This document shows positions 26,145-35,102 of a stretch of DNA of 64,000 bases, in pieces; position 1 is the stretch's first letter, and every line of letters starts with the position of its first letter. Position numbers and translations under genes: made by a program. The DNA comes from Bacilli bacterium (GTDB lineage Bacteria; Bacillota_I; Bacilli_A; RFN20; CAG-826). The stretch spans positions 2,753-66,752 of the forward strand of contig JAFRPF010000041.1 in assembly GCA_017429285.1 (NCBI GenBank), in the 5' to 3' direction. The notes beneath the pieces were generated by a model, which made no database searches, had not been told where the DNA came from, and saw only the letters and a program-made list of their open reading frames with translations.

Positions 26145-26406
26145 TGATATGCTTGAAAGCTATATGAACAGCTTAAAATATGCAGAAGTTGTTATTAAAT
26201 ATAAAGGACAACGCTATCATATTGAAGCAGGTACCAAAAAATATACGATTGGTGTTTTTAAAAAGAAGGAATATGAAATTGATTATTTCTTTGATATCGA
26301 AGGCGATTCATATGATGATGCTTACAATAAACTTATGAACGAACCATTATTTGGTGGCGAAGCACTTAAGGATATTCTAGACAAAATAGAATGGCTTGAA
26401 TGCTAA
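26128..26406 (+). CDS. Hypothetical protein (92 aa), overlaps the upstream gene by 17 nt
   Basis: ORF in an operon-like arrangement. I recognise no family. Confidence 0.45.
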   Translation: MNGLSNDMLESYMNSLKYAEVVIKYKGQRYHIEAGTKKYTIGVFKKKEYEIDYFFDIEGDSYDDAYNKLMNEPLFGGEALKDILDKIEWLEC

Positions 26407-26436
26407 TTATAGAGCAAAATAATAAAAAAAGTTTAA

Positions 26437-26471
26437 ACCTCGTGTCCGTCCAGATTTTTCACGGGGTTTTT
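26437..26471 (+). terminator. Possible intrinsic terminator closing the islet operon
   Basis: AACCTCGTG / CACGGGGTT stem (one G-U pair) with a large 15-nt loop, then TTTTT. Confidence 0.4.
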
Positions 26472-26585
26472 ATGTGTCCAGTTACAAATTGATTAAAGTT
26501 GCATTCACAAGACCAAATATAGCGAAAAATGCCAAAAAATAAGAAAAAACACGCATTTTTTCGTACGTGTCTTGACAATCAATCG

Positions 26586-26676
26586 TGGCGGAGGAACAGG
26601 GATTTGAACCCTGGCACCGAGTTACCAGTCTACGAGCTTTCCAAGCCCGCCCCTTCAGCCTCTTGGGTATTCCTCC
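26586..26676 (-). tRNA. tRNA-Ser (anticodon GGA)
   Basis: The reverse complement folds as a class II tRNA. Acceptor GGAGGAA/TTCCTCC, anticodon loop TTGGAAA, long variable arm, T-arm CAGGG-TTCAAAT-CCCTG, encoded CCA. Confidence 0.9.
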
Positions 26677-26769
26677 GTGGATTTAAGCTGAACAATATTG
26701 GTAATGTGCTTGTTTATTATATTAAAAAGAGCTCTTTATTAAAAGAGAAAAATGGTAAAATTGTTTTGT

Positions 26770-27750
26770 ATGCAGAAATATATCGTTAATAAAAACGAAT
26801 CTGGCCAAACTTTAGAAAAATATGTGAAGAAAGTTTTAAATACTGCGCCTTTATCTTTTATTTATAAATTATTTAGAAAAAAAGATATTAAGGTAAATGG
26901 TCATTGGCAAAAAGAAAAATATCTTGTTTCTGAAAATGATGAAATTACTATATTCATTACTGATAAACAAATAGAAGATTTTAATAAAACTAACATTTAC
27001 ACTCCAAATAATTACATCGAACCATGGATCATTTATGAAGATAAGAATGTTTTATTTATCAATAAACCACGTGGTGTATTAGTCCAAAAAGATGATAACT
27101 ATAACGAAAAACCATTAGACCAAATGGTCATTGAATATTTGATTTATAAAGGCGAATACGATCCTCAAAACGATCTAGCTTTTAAACCAGGACCAGCGCA
27201 TCGAATTGATCGAAATACATCCGGCATTGTAATCTTCGGTAAAAACCATGACGCTTTATCCTATTTATTTGAACTATTTCAAAAGCATGAATTAATTGGT
27301 AAACACTATATTTGTCTAGTAGTGGGAGATATTAATAAAGAAGGTACAATTGAAGTTCCTTTAAGAAAGAATTTCGACACAAAAAAAGTAGTGGTTGCTC
27401 CACTTTCTAGTGGGGCTAAACCGGCAAAAACTGTTTATCATCCAATTGAACACTTTAACGGTTTTACATTATTAGATATCACGCTTATTACAGGTCGTAC
27501 ACATCAAATTAGAGTTCATATGTCTTATATAAGACATCATGTTGTGGGCGATGGTAAATATGGTGATTTTAAAATCAATAATGAAATTGAAAAGAAATAC
27601 GGTTTTAAGAATCAATTTCTTCACGCTAGTGAAGTTCACTTTGGCGAACTAAAAAAGCCGTTAGATAACTTATCAAAAAGATCTTTTAAAGCGGAAATGC
27701 CTAAAGAATATACTGATTTATTGTTAAAATTAAAAGAAGAGAGGGAATGA
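26770..27750 (+). CDS. RluA-family 23S rRNA pseudouridine synthase (RluD/RluC-like, S4 domain + catalytic domain)
   Basis: The catalytic motif HRIDRNTSG is present, followed by GRTHQIRVH. I chose ATG 26770. Confidence 0.85.
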   Translation: MQKYIVNKNESGQTLEKYVKKVLNTAPLSFIYKLFRKKDIKVNGHWQKEKYLVSENDEITIFITDKQIEDFNKTNIYTPNNYIEPWIIYEDKNVLFINKPRGVLVQKDDNYNEKPLDQMVIEYLIYKGEYDPQNDLAFKPGPAHRIDRNTSGIVIFGKNHDALSYLFELFQKHELIGKHYICLVVGDINKEGTIEVPLRKNFDTKKVVVAPLSSGAKPAKTVYHPIEHFNGFTLLDITLITGRTHQIRVHMSYIRHHVVGDGKYGDFKINNEIEKKYGFKNQFLHASEVHFGELKKPLDNLSKRSFKAEMPKEYTDLLLKLKEERE

Positions 27751-27752
27751 TT

Positions 27753-29453
27753 ATGTCATTAACAGAACAAAATTACCAAAGATGGTTAAATTCTCCACTT
27801 GTTAGTGAGGAAACAAAAAAAGAATTAAAAAGCATGAATCAAAATCAAATTGATGATGCTTTCTTTAAAGATGTGGAATTTGGTACCGCTGGCATGCGTG
27901 GTGTATTAGGACCAGGCACCAATCGCTTAAATGAATTTACTGTTCGTAAAGCGACAGTGGGGTTTGCGAAATATTTATTAGAATTATTCCCTAACGCGAA
28001 AGAGATGGGTGTGGCGATTAGTCATGATAACCGTCATCTTTCTCGTGAATTCACTTTATTAAGTGCTCAAGTTTTAAATGAATTTGGTATTAAAGCTTAT
28101 ATTTTTAATTCTTTAAGACCAACACCTGAATTATCCTTTGCGGTGAGATATTTAAAAGCTTGTGGTGGAATTATGATTACTGCTTCTCATAATCCAAAAG
28201 AATATAACGGTTACAAAGTTTATGATGAAACAGGTTGCCAATTAGTGCCTGATAAGATTAAAAGATTATTAGAAATTATCGCCTCTCTTCCTAATGAGCT
28301 TGAAGTTACTTATAAAGTAAGTGAAAAGTTAGGAGAAACTATTTTACTAGATAATAAAGTTGATGATGAATATGTGAGATTATGTGAAGAGATCTCGATT
28401 AATAAGGAATTAGATAAATCTAATTTCAAAATTGTTTTCACCCCTAATCATGGAACAAGTTATGTTCCAGCGATGAGAATCTTTAAAGATTTAGGTTATG
28501 ACATCGTTCCAGTTTTAAGCCAATGTAATCCAGATCCAGATTTCTCTGGAACATTATCTCCTAATCCAGAAGATCCAAGAAGTTATATCGAAGGATTAAA
28601 ACTCGCTAAAGAAGTGGGCGCTAAATTATTAGTGATGACTGACCCAGATGGCGATAGAGTGGGCTTAGGATATTTAGCTAGTGATGGAAGTTATCAAACA
28701 TTTACCGGCAATCAATCCGCTGCAATGTTATTAGACTATATCCTTTCAGAAAGAAAAAAGAGAGGTTTATTAAGCAATAACGGTGTGATGTATAACACAA
28801 TTGTAACTTCCTCTTTAGGCAAAGAAATTGCGGAATCTTATGGTGTAAAAACTGAGCAATTCTTAACTGGATTTAAATTTATTGGTAATCGTATCGATTA
28901 TTATGAGAAAAAAGGAAACGGTCCTCATTTCGAATTTGGTTATGAAGAAAGCTATGGTTGCTTAATCGCTCCATTTGCTCGAGATAAAGATGGCTGCCAA
29001 GCTATATTACTTTATTGCGAAATGGCCTTATATTATGACAAACTTGGTAAGCCACTTGATGTCGTATGGGATGAATTACAACAAAGATATGGCTATCATC
29101 TAGATATCGCTTATTCCATCGAATTTAAAGGTAGTAGTGGTCAACAAGCAATGGATGAATTAATGAATAAACTTCATAGCGCTCCATTAAAAGAGCTTGG
29201 TGGTGTGAAAGTAGTTCGCGTTGAAGATTATCTTAAACAAGAAGCTTTTGAATCTAGTAAGATTGAAAAGATCACTCTTCCTAAGAGTAATGTTGTGAAA
29301 TTATTCTTTGAAAACGGAAATACAATTACAGTGAGACCTTCGGGTACTGAACCTAAAGTTAAATTCTATATTGGTATGAAGAGCAAATCTAAACTCGATA
29401 AGAAAGACGCTGATAAACTCTACGAAGAATTAAAGAAAGAATTAAGAATTTAA
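27753..29453 (+). CDS. pgcA: Phosphoglucomutase / phosphomannomutase family protein
   Basis: Active-site loop TASHNPKEYNGYKVY and metal-binding DPDGDR. I chose ATG 27753, which is 7 nt after GAGGG. Confidence 0.9.
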   Translation: MSLTEQNYQRWLNSPLVSEETKKELKSMNQNQIDDAFFKDVEFGTAGMRGVLGPGTNRLNEFTVRKATVGFAKYLLELFPNAKEMGVAISHDNRHLSREFTLLSAQVLNEFGIKAYIFNSLRPTPELSFAVRYLKACGGIMITASHNPKEYNGYKVYDETGCQLVPDKIKRLLEIIASLPNELEVTYKVSEKLGETILLDNKVDDEYVRLCEEISINKELDKSNFKIVFTPNHGTSYVPAMRIFKDLGYDIVPVLSQCNPDPDFSGTLSPNPEDPRSYIEGLKLAKEVGAKLLVMTDPDGDRVGLGYLASDGSYQTFTGNQSAAMLLDYILSERKKRGLLSNNGVMYNTIVTSSLGKEIAESYGVKTEQFLTGFKFIGNRIDYYEKKGNGPHFEFGYEESYGCLIAPFARDKDGCQAILLYCEMALYYDKLGKPLDVVWDELQQRYGYHLDIAYSIEFKGSSGQQAMDELMNKLHSAPLKELGGVKVVRVEDYLKQEAFESSKIEKITLPKSNVVKLFFENGNTITVRPSGTEPKVKFYIGMKSKSKLDKKDADKLYEELKKELRI

Positions 29454-29460
29454 AAAAACA

Positions 29461-29488
29461 AAGCAAGCCGTTAAAAGCTTGCTTTTAT
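29461..29488. terminator. Bidirectional terminator between convergent pgcA and trpS
   Basis: AAGCAAGC / GCTTGCTT stem flanked by an A-run upstream and a T-rich run downstream. Confidence 0.8.
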
Positions 29489-29489
29489 C

Positions 29490-30476
29490 TTAGATATTTA
29501 ATAGGCCGACAGCGTCATGTACTCTTTTAAGAGTTTCTTTAGCGATGGCTTTCGCTTTATTCGCTCCATCTTTTAAAACTTTTTCATACGATTTGTTATT
29601 CACGATTTCTTGATATCTTTGTTGGAATGGTTCGAGTTCTTTAATGACTACATCAGCCACTGCGGTTTTAAATTCTCCATATCTTTTACCAACGAAATCT
29701 TTTTCCGCTTCTTCGATGCTTTTATCGCTCATCGCCGCATAAATAGTTAACAAGTTAGAGATACCTGGTTTATTTTCTGGATCATATTTCACTTCTGAAC
29801 CAGTATCGGTAACCGCGGACATAATTTTCTTTCTGACGGTTTTCATATCATCTTTTAAGAAAATATCACCTTTTGGGTCTGATTTAGACATCTTCACAGT
29901 TGGATCACTAAGCGACATGATTCTTGCACCAACTTTTCTCACTTCGTATTTTGGCATCTTTAAGACTTTGCCGTAACGATTGTTAAATCTATTAACTAAA
30001 TCACGGGTGATTTCTACATGTTGAATTTGATCTTCACCCACCGGAACAATATCGGTATCGTATAAAACGATATCAGACGCCATTAACACTGGATAAGCAA
30101 ATAAACCTAAGCCAATCGCGGATTCATTCATCTTCGATGACTTATCTTTAAATTGGGTCATTCTGGATAATTCACCAAAATATAAATAGTTTTGTAATAT
30201 AGCATTTAATTCAGCGTGTTCAGAGACGCTTGATTGTAAGAACAAAGTCACTTTATTTGGATCAAGTCCAGCGGCTAAATAAAAACTAGCGAGGTCGATA
30301 GAATTTTGTCTTAAAGTTTCTGGCTCGATAGGTAATGTTAAAGCGTGCAAGTCAGCGATAAAGAAAATGCATTCTCCGCGCTCACTCATCTTTGCTAAAT
30401 TACGTAAGACACCAATGTAGTTTCCTAGTGTTAATTGACCAGTTGGCTTAATACCAGTTAAGATTCTTTCAGACAT
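29490..30476 (-). CDS. trpS: Tryptophan--tRNA ligase
   Basis: 328 aa with TGIKPTGQLTLGNY (HIGH-region equivalent) and KMSKS. Confidence 0.95.
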   Translation of the reverse strand: MSERILTGIKPTGQLTLGNYIGVLRNLAKMSERGECIFFIADLHALTLPIEPETLRQNSIDLASFYLAAGLDPNKVTLFLQSSVSEHAELNAILQNYLYFGELSRMTQFKDKSSKMNESAIGLGLFAYPVLMASDIVLYDTDIVPVGEDQIQHVEITRDLVNRFNNRYGKVLKMPKYEVRKVGARIMSLSDPTVKMSKSDPKGDIFLKDDMKTVRKKIMSAVTDTGSEVKYDPENKPGISNLLTIYAAMSDKSIEEAEKDFVGKRYGEFKTAVADVVIKELEPFQQRYQEIVNNKSYEKVLKDGANKAKAIAKETLKRVHDAVGLLNI

Positions 30477-30575
30477 AACTATTACCTCGTTTATACTATA
30501 GTTTAGATGTTTGAAAGATGTTTTTCAAATATTGAATATATAGATTATCAATATTTTTGCTATAATATCTCCGTT

Positions 30576-31004
30576 ATGATTAAGATTTACACCTCTCCAA
30601 GCTGTTCAAGTTGTCGTAAAGTAAAACAATGGTTCAAGGAACAAGACATTCCCTATATTGAAAAAAATATCTTTGCGGCTACTTTAAATGAGAACGAGTT
30701 AAAAGAAATATTGATCAAAAGTGAAAACGGCACTGAAGATATTATTTCTTCTAGAAGTAAGATTGTTAAGGAAAGCGGTGTCGATCTTGATAATATGACT
30801 GTCAAAGAATTAATATCTTTTATTAGAGAAAATCCTTCGGTATTAAAAAGACCAATCATGGTTGATGATAATAAAATTCAAGTAGGTTATAACCCTGAAG
30901 ATATTAGAGTTTTCATTCCTCATGCTAGAAGATTAGCGGAATGGGCTTGTGAAAACTGTCCAAATCTCGGTGATTGTGATCATAAAAAAGATGAAGAAGC
31001 TTAA
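30576..31004 (+). CDS. spx: Spx/ArsC-family redox-sensing transcriptional regulator with C-terminal Cys-rich extension
   Basis: MIKIYTSPSCSSCRKVKQWF carries the CxxC switch, and the protein is collinear with Spx. A TATAAT at 30561-30566 directly precedes ATG 30576. Confidence 0.85.
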   Translation: MIKIYTSPSCSSCRKVKQWFKEQDIPYIEKNIFAATLNENELKEILIKSENGTEDIISSRSKIVKESGVDLDNMTVKELISFIRENPSVLKRPIMVDDNKIQVGYNPEDIRVFIPHARRLAEWACENCPNLGDCDHKKDEEA

Positions 31005-31559
31005 TTAACACTCTTCATCTTTTTTGATAACTTTACTTATCGCTCTATGACTTTTACTTTTATATTTCGGATTATATTCTAAATGATATAAATCGCAGTA
31101 TTTAAGCAGTATTTGTAGGGCTTTTTGCTGAGATTCTGCTTCTATTTCGATATCGTAATCTGTAATATTACTATATTTATTTTCATCAATTACTAAAAGA
31201 TAATCATCTATTTGCACTTCAATTCTATTGGTCTTTAAAGAGGCGATAGGTTTAAATTTATTAAATCGATTATTTAGTTCTTTATCTATTAATGGATGGC
31301 TTTCTAATGTTTCGTTAATTTCAACACAACTTCCATCCATATTTTTAATTTTTAAGGTTAATTCTTTTTCTTTATTATTAATAGTTCTAACCCTCAGCAT
31401 TTTCTTGCTTTTATATATGAAAAAATCATCATTATCTAAATAGGTGTTTTCAATTTCTAAACTTCGATAATTTGGATAAAGGGATTTAATATCTTCAACT
31501 ATTTTTTGATAGTTGCTTTTACTAATCATTACTCTTTCTTCATATTCAACATGTTTCAT
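31005..31559 (-). CDS. CYTH-domain protein (triphosphatase/CyaB-like)
   Basis: HVEYEERVMISK carries the ExExK-like start of the CYTH fold, followed by alternating basic and acidic beta-strands (LRVRT, ELTLKIK, DIEIEAE). I moved the start to ATG 31559 so it does not overlap nadK. Confidence 0.55.
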   Translation of the reverse strand: MKHVEYEERVMISKSNYQKIVEDIKSLYPNYRSLEIENTYLDNDDFFIYKSKKMLRVRTINNKEKELTLKIKNMDGSCVEINETLESHPLIDKELNNRFNKFKPIASLKTNRIEVQIDDYLLVIDENKYSNITDYDIEIEAESQQKALQILLKYCDLYHLEYNPKYKSKSHRAISKVIKKDEEC

Positions 31560-31589
31560 AATTGTGCTATGATTATACCACTTAATTAG

Positions 31590-32363
31590 ATGATTATGAA
31601 ATTTGCGATATTTTCCAAAAGTGGTCATGAAGATCTTGTTAAACAATTATCAAATAAGTTAATTGATAAGTCTTTTATTAATGATGAAAATAATCCTGAT
31701 ATCGTTTTCTCTATTGGAGGAGATGGAACATTTTTAAGAGCGGTCCATAAATATATCGATATATTAGATCATCTAAAATTTGTGGGAATTAATAAAGGAT
31801 CACTAGGATTCTTATACGATTTCGCCATAGATGATTTCGATAATTTATTATCTGACTTAGTTAAAGGCAATTATTTAGTTAAAGAATTGCCACTTATTAA
31901 AGGTGAGATTAACGATAATAAAACTATCTACGCTTTAAACGAAATTAGAATTGAAAATCCATTCCATACTTTAACTAGTGATGTTTTTATTAATGAAGAT
32001 AAGTTAGAAACATTTAGAGGTAATGGTTTAGTGGTGGCTTCTTCTTTAGGAAGTTCGGCTTATAACAAGTCTTTAGGTGGCGCTTTAATCGATAATGATT
32101 TATGCGCTCTTGAACTAACTGAAATTGCTTCAATTAATAATAATGTTTATCGTTCTTTAGGAAGCTCATTCGTGATTGAAGGCAAGAAATCTATTTCCTT
32201 TAAAGGAAATCTTAATGAATGTGTTGTCGGTTTTGATTGTTTAACTAGTAATGATAATTTAAAAGAGATAGTTATTTCTTATTCAGATAAAAAAGTAAGA
32301 GTCATTTATTCTAAAGACCATTCCTATGTAAAAAGAATTAGAAAGAGCTTTGTTTTATGTTAA
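31590..32363 (+). CDS. nadK: NAD kinase
   Basis: GGDGTFLRA motif and NEIRIEN; length 257 aa. Confidence 0.9.
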   Translation: MIMKFAIFSKSGHEDLVKQLSNKLIDKSFINDENNPDIVFSIGGDGTFLRAVHKYIDILDHLKFVGINKGSLGFLYDFAIDDFDNLLSDLVKGNYLVKELPLIKGEINDNKTIYALNEIRIENPFHTLTSDVFINEDKLETFRGNGLVVASSLGSSAYNKSLGGALIDNDLCALELTEIASINNNVYRSLGSSFVIEGKKSISFKGNLNECVVGFDCLTSNDNLKEIVISYSDKKVRVIYSKDHSYVKRIRKSFVLC

Positions 32364-32740
32364 AAATATTTGATGCTTTAAAAGATGATTTTAATGAATT
32401 TTTAAAAAATAATGCCTTATGGATGGCGTTAGTTTTAGTCGGTATAATTGCCGTTACATTATTTTTAATATTCTTTTTAAATAGAAGAAAGAAAAATACA
32501 AAGCCAGTCATTACAGTAGCGAGCAAAAGTGCATGGGTTGACGCTTTAGGCGGAAATGAAAATATCTTAAATAGTGAAGCTTATGGTTCTAGATTAGTTA
32601 TCAAGCTAGTTGATAAAGAAAAAATGAAAAGGGATGAACTAAAATCTTTAGGGGTCACAAGCATCATTGAAATGAGCGATAAAGTAACACTTCTTTTAGA
32701 AGATAAAGCTGAGCTTGTGAAAAAGGAATTAGACAAATAA
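32357..32740 (+). CDS. Membrane-anchored degenerate PTS EIIB(Glc)-like domain protein
   Basis: One N-terminal TM helix. ALGGNENILNSEAYGSRLVIKLVD parallels the EIIB signature ALGG..NI....C.TRLR, but the phospho-Cys is absent. Confidence 0.5.
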   Translation: MLKIFDALKDDFNEFLKNNALWMALVLVGIIAVTLFLIFFLNRRKKNTKPVITVASKSAWVDALGGNENILNSEAYGSRLVIKLVDKEKMKRDELKSLGVTSIIEMSDKVTLLLEDKAELVKKELDK

Positions 32741-32748
32741 AGCTGCAA

Positions 32749-33315
32749 TTAAGCAGCTTTTTGTTTGATTTTATTAAAATCTTCTTTGATTTCTTTTACT
32801 GGAAAGCCAACTACATTATCGATACTTCCATTAACTTCTTTGATGATTGGAAATCTTTCATTATCTTGAACACCATAGGCTCCCGCTTTATCCATTGGAG
32901 AGCCAGTAGCGACATATTTATCTATTAAATTATCATCTAATTTGTTAAAGATAACTTCACTAACAACATATCTTTCGATAAATCTATCTTCTAAAAATAA
33001 ACAATAAGCAGTAATGACTTGATGCTTTTGATTAGATAATTTTCTTAATACTCTTTTCGCATCTTCCTGATCGATAGGTTTATGAATTATTTCATTATTT
33101 AATACGACGATGGTGTCCGCTGAAAGTATTAAATCGTGAGGGTGATTTTCTTTAATTTTTTCGCCTTTTCTTTTCGCGATATCTAAAACTGCTTCTAATG
33201 GAGATAAGTTATAACTTTTTTCTTCGTCAATATCCGCAGTGATAATAGAAAAATCACTAGTGATTTTGTGCATCAAATTTTGTCTTCTTGGAGAAGCACT
33301 TGCTAATATAACCAT
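32749..33315 (-). CDS. maf: Maf-like nucleoside triphosphate pyrophosphatase
   Basis: ILASASPRR at the N-terminus, ADT.V and KAGAYGVQ motifs. Confidence 0.85.
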   Translation of the reverse strand: MVILASASPRRQNLMHKITSDFSIITADIDEEKSYNLSPLEAVLDIAKRKGEKIKENHPHDLILSADTIVVLNNEIIHKPIDQEDAKRVLRKLSNQKHQVITAYCLFLEDRFIERYVVSEVIFNKLDDNLIDKYVATGSPMDKAGAYGVQDNERFPIIKEVNGSIDNVVGFPVKEIKEDFNKIKQKAA

Positions 33316-33317
33316 TT

Positions 33318-34988
33318 TTAATTCTTACTTAAGATAACTGGAATGATAATCGGGGCTCTTTTAGTGCGGCGATAAACATATAAGCCCGCTACTTCTTTAA
33401 TTAATAATTTAAGTTCCGCAAAGCTGGGCTTGCTATATAATTTTTCTTTAATTTTATCTTCTAATAGTGTTTTTAATTCTTCTGAGGCTTGTTTATTTCC
33501 TTGATCGATAAAACCACGGACATAGAAACTTGGTCTAGTTAATAAAATATTTCTTTTGCTATCAATAGATACTGTAATAGCAAACATTCCATCATCCATT
33601 AAAACACGACGGTCATTGATGACAGGTTCTGCTAATGAGTTAATATCTTTACCATCGATATAGGTAACACCATGTTCAACTGGATATCCTCTTTTCACCT
33701 TTCCTTTGGAAAGAACTAAAGAATCTCCATTATCTAATATAAAGATATTTTCTTTTTTGACTCCTAAATCTTCCGCCATTTCAGCGTGTAATCTGAGCAT
33801 TCTATATTCACCATGTATCGGCATAAAGAATTTTGGTTTCATGAGCTTAAGCATAAATCTTAATTCTTGTCTTGAGGCGTGACCAGAAGAATGGATATCG
33901 TTAAGAATGGAGTTAGTGATAACTTCGGCACCAGAACGTGCTAATTGATTGATAATATTATCAATCATAATTCCATTTCCTGGAATAGCACTAGAAGAGA
34001 AAACAATAGTGTCTCCAGGAATGATATGAATATCTTTATGAGAGCCGTTAGCAATGCGGCTTAAAGCGGCCATAGATTCACCTTGACTACCTGTACATAA
34101 GATTAATATTTCATTATTTGGGAATCTTTTCACATCTTCGGTTTCAATAATAGAATTATCAGGAACATGGATATAGCCAAAGCTTCTTGATATATCAACA
34201 GCCTTTTCCATGCTTCTACCGATGATCGCGATTTTACGGTTATGGCTAACCGCACTTTCTAATACTTGTTGAATACGTGATATGTTGCTAGCGAATGTAG
34301 AAACGATTAATCTTCCGTTCGCGTTTTTAATAATTTCATCGATCGAATCATAAACATTCTTTTCACTAGGTGTATAGCCTTCTTGTTCCGCGTTAGTGGA
34401 TTCACTTAATAATAGATCAACGCCTTCTTTTCCGATTTCCGCCATACGGGTAAGTTCAATATCTTTTCCAATAGGTGTTAAATCGATTTTAAAGTCACCA
34501 GAAGAGACAATTCTCCCTTCGGGAGTATCAACAACTATACCAAAGGAATCTGGAATTGAGTGAGTAACTCTAAAGAATGAAACAGTAAATAAATCGACTT
34601 TGACTTTTGTATCGCTATCATATTCTTTGATAGTGGCGTGATCCGCCATACGATATTCTTCTAATCTATTTTTAATTAAAGCAGCGGCTAATCTAGGGGC
34701 ATATATAACAGGGACATGGATATTTTGTAAAAGGAAAGGAATACCACCGATATGGTCTTCGTGGCCGTGTGTAATAAATAGTGCTTTGATCTTGTTACGA
34801 TTATTTTTTAAATGCGTAAAATCAGGCACGATATAATTGATTCCTGGGAATTCAATACCCGGGAACTTGACGCCCGCATCAATGATGATAATTGATTTAT
34901 CATTTTCAATGCAGTACATGTTTTTGCCTACTTCACCTAAACCACCTAAGGCATAAATTGAAACAGGCATAGAAATTGATTTTTCCAT
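33318..34988 (-). CDS. rnj: Ribonuclease J
   Basis: 556 aa. Metallo-beta-lactamase motif HGHEDHIGG plus beta-CASP and C-terminal domains, collinear with RNase J1/J2. Confidence 0.95.
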   Translation of the reverse strand: MEKSISMPVSIYALGGLGEVGKNMYCIENDKSIIIIDAGVKFPGIEFPGINYIVPDFTHLKNNRNKIKALFITHGHEDHIGGIPFLLQNIHVPVIYAPRLAAALIKNRLEEYRMADHATIKEYDSDTKVKVDLFTVSFFRVTHSIPDSFGIVVDTPEGRIVSSGDFKIDLTPIGKDIELTRMAEIGKEGVDLLLSESTNAEQEGYTPSEKNVYDSIDEIIKNANGRLIVSTFASNISRIQQVLESAVSHNRKIAIIGRSMEKAVDISRSFGYIHVPDNSIIETEDVKRFPNNEILILCTGSQGESMAALSRIANGSHKDIHIIPGDTIVFSSSAIPGNGIMIDNIINQLARSGAEVITNSILNDIHSSGHASRQELRFMLKLMKPKFFMPIHGEYRMLRLHAEMAEDLGVKKENIFILDNGDSLVLSKGKVKRGYPVEHGVTYIDGKDINSLAEPVINDRRVLMDDGMFAITVSIDSKRNILLTRPSFYVRGFIDQGNKQASEELKTLLEDKIKEKLYSKPSFAELKLLIKEVAGLYVYRRTKRAPIIIPVILSKN

Positions 34989-35102
34989 GTATTTCCCCCT
35001 AATTATTACATTATAAATATGTAATTTCTCGTTAATTTATTATAACACATGTAAACCTATCGACAATCATTTTTATAAAAAATAAAACCCGGTAGAGATA
35101 AA

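Larger units (their letters stand above)
23205..26585. mobile_element. Putative degenerate genomic islet at the 3' side of tRNA-Ser(GGA), bounded by imperfect direct repeats
   Basis: The 12-bp exact repeat TACGTGTCTTGA occurs at 23224-23235 and 26564-26575, inside imperfect repeats of about 42 bp. The cargo looks like defence/TA or phage genes. No integrase is present. Confidence 0.3.

Noticed and set aside
23205-26585. Intact prophage or integrative conjugative element
   Set aside because: There is no integrase or recombinase, no replication, structural or transfer genes, and the segment is only 3.3 kb. At most it is a remnant or a trans-mobilised islet.
26529-26789. 86-aa ORF in the supplied track
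   Set aside because: It runs antisense across tRNA-Ser(GGA) at 26586-26676, has no SD, and its sequence simply reflects the tRNA and the spacer. It is spurious.
30477-30575. T-box leader for trpS (also considered for proS at 41162-41173 and tyrS at 55343-55354)
   Set aside because: The upstream spacers (99, 12 and 12 nt) are far too short for a T-box of 200 nt or more, and no specifier or T-box sequence is seen.
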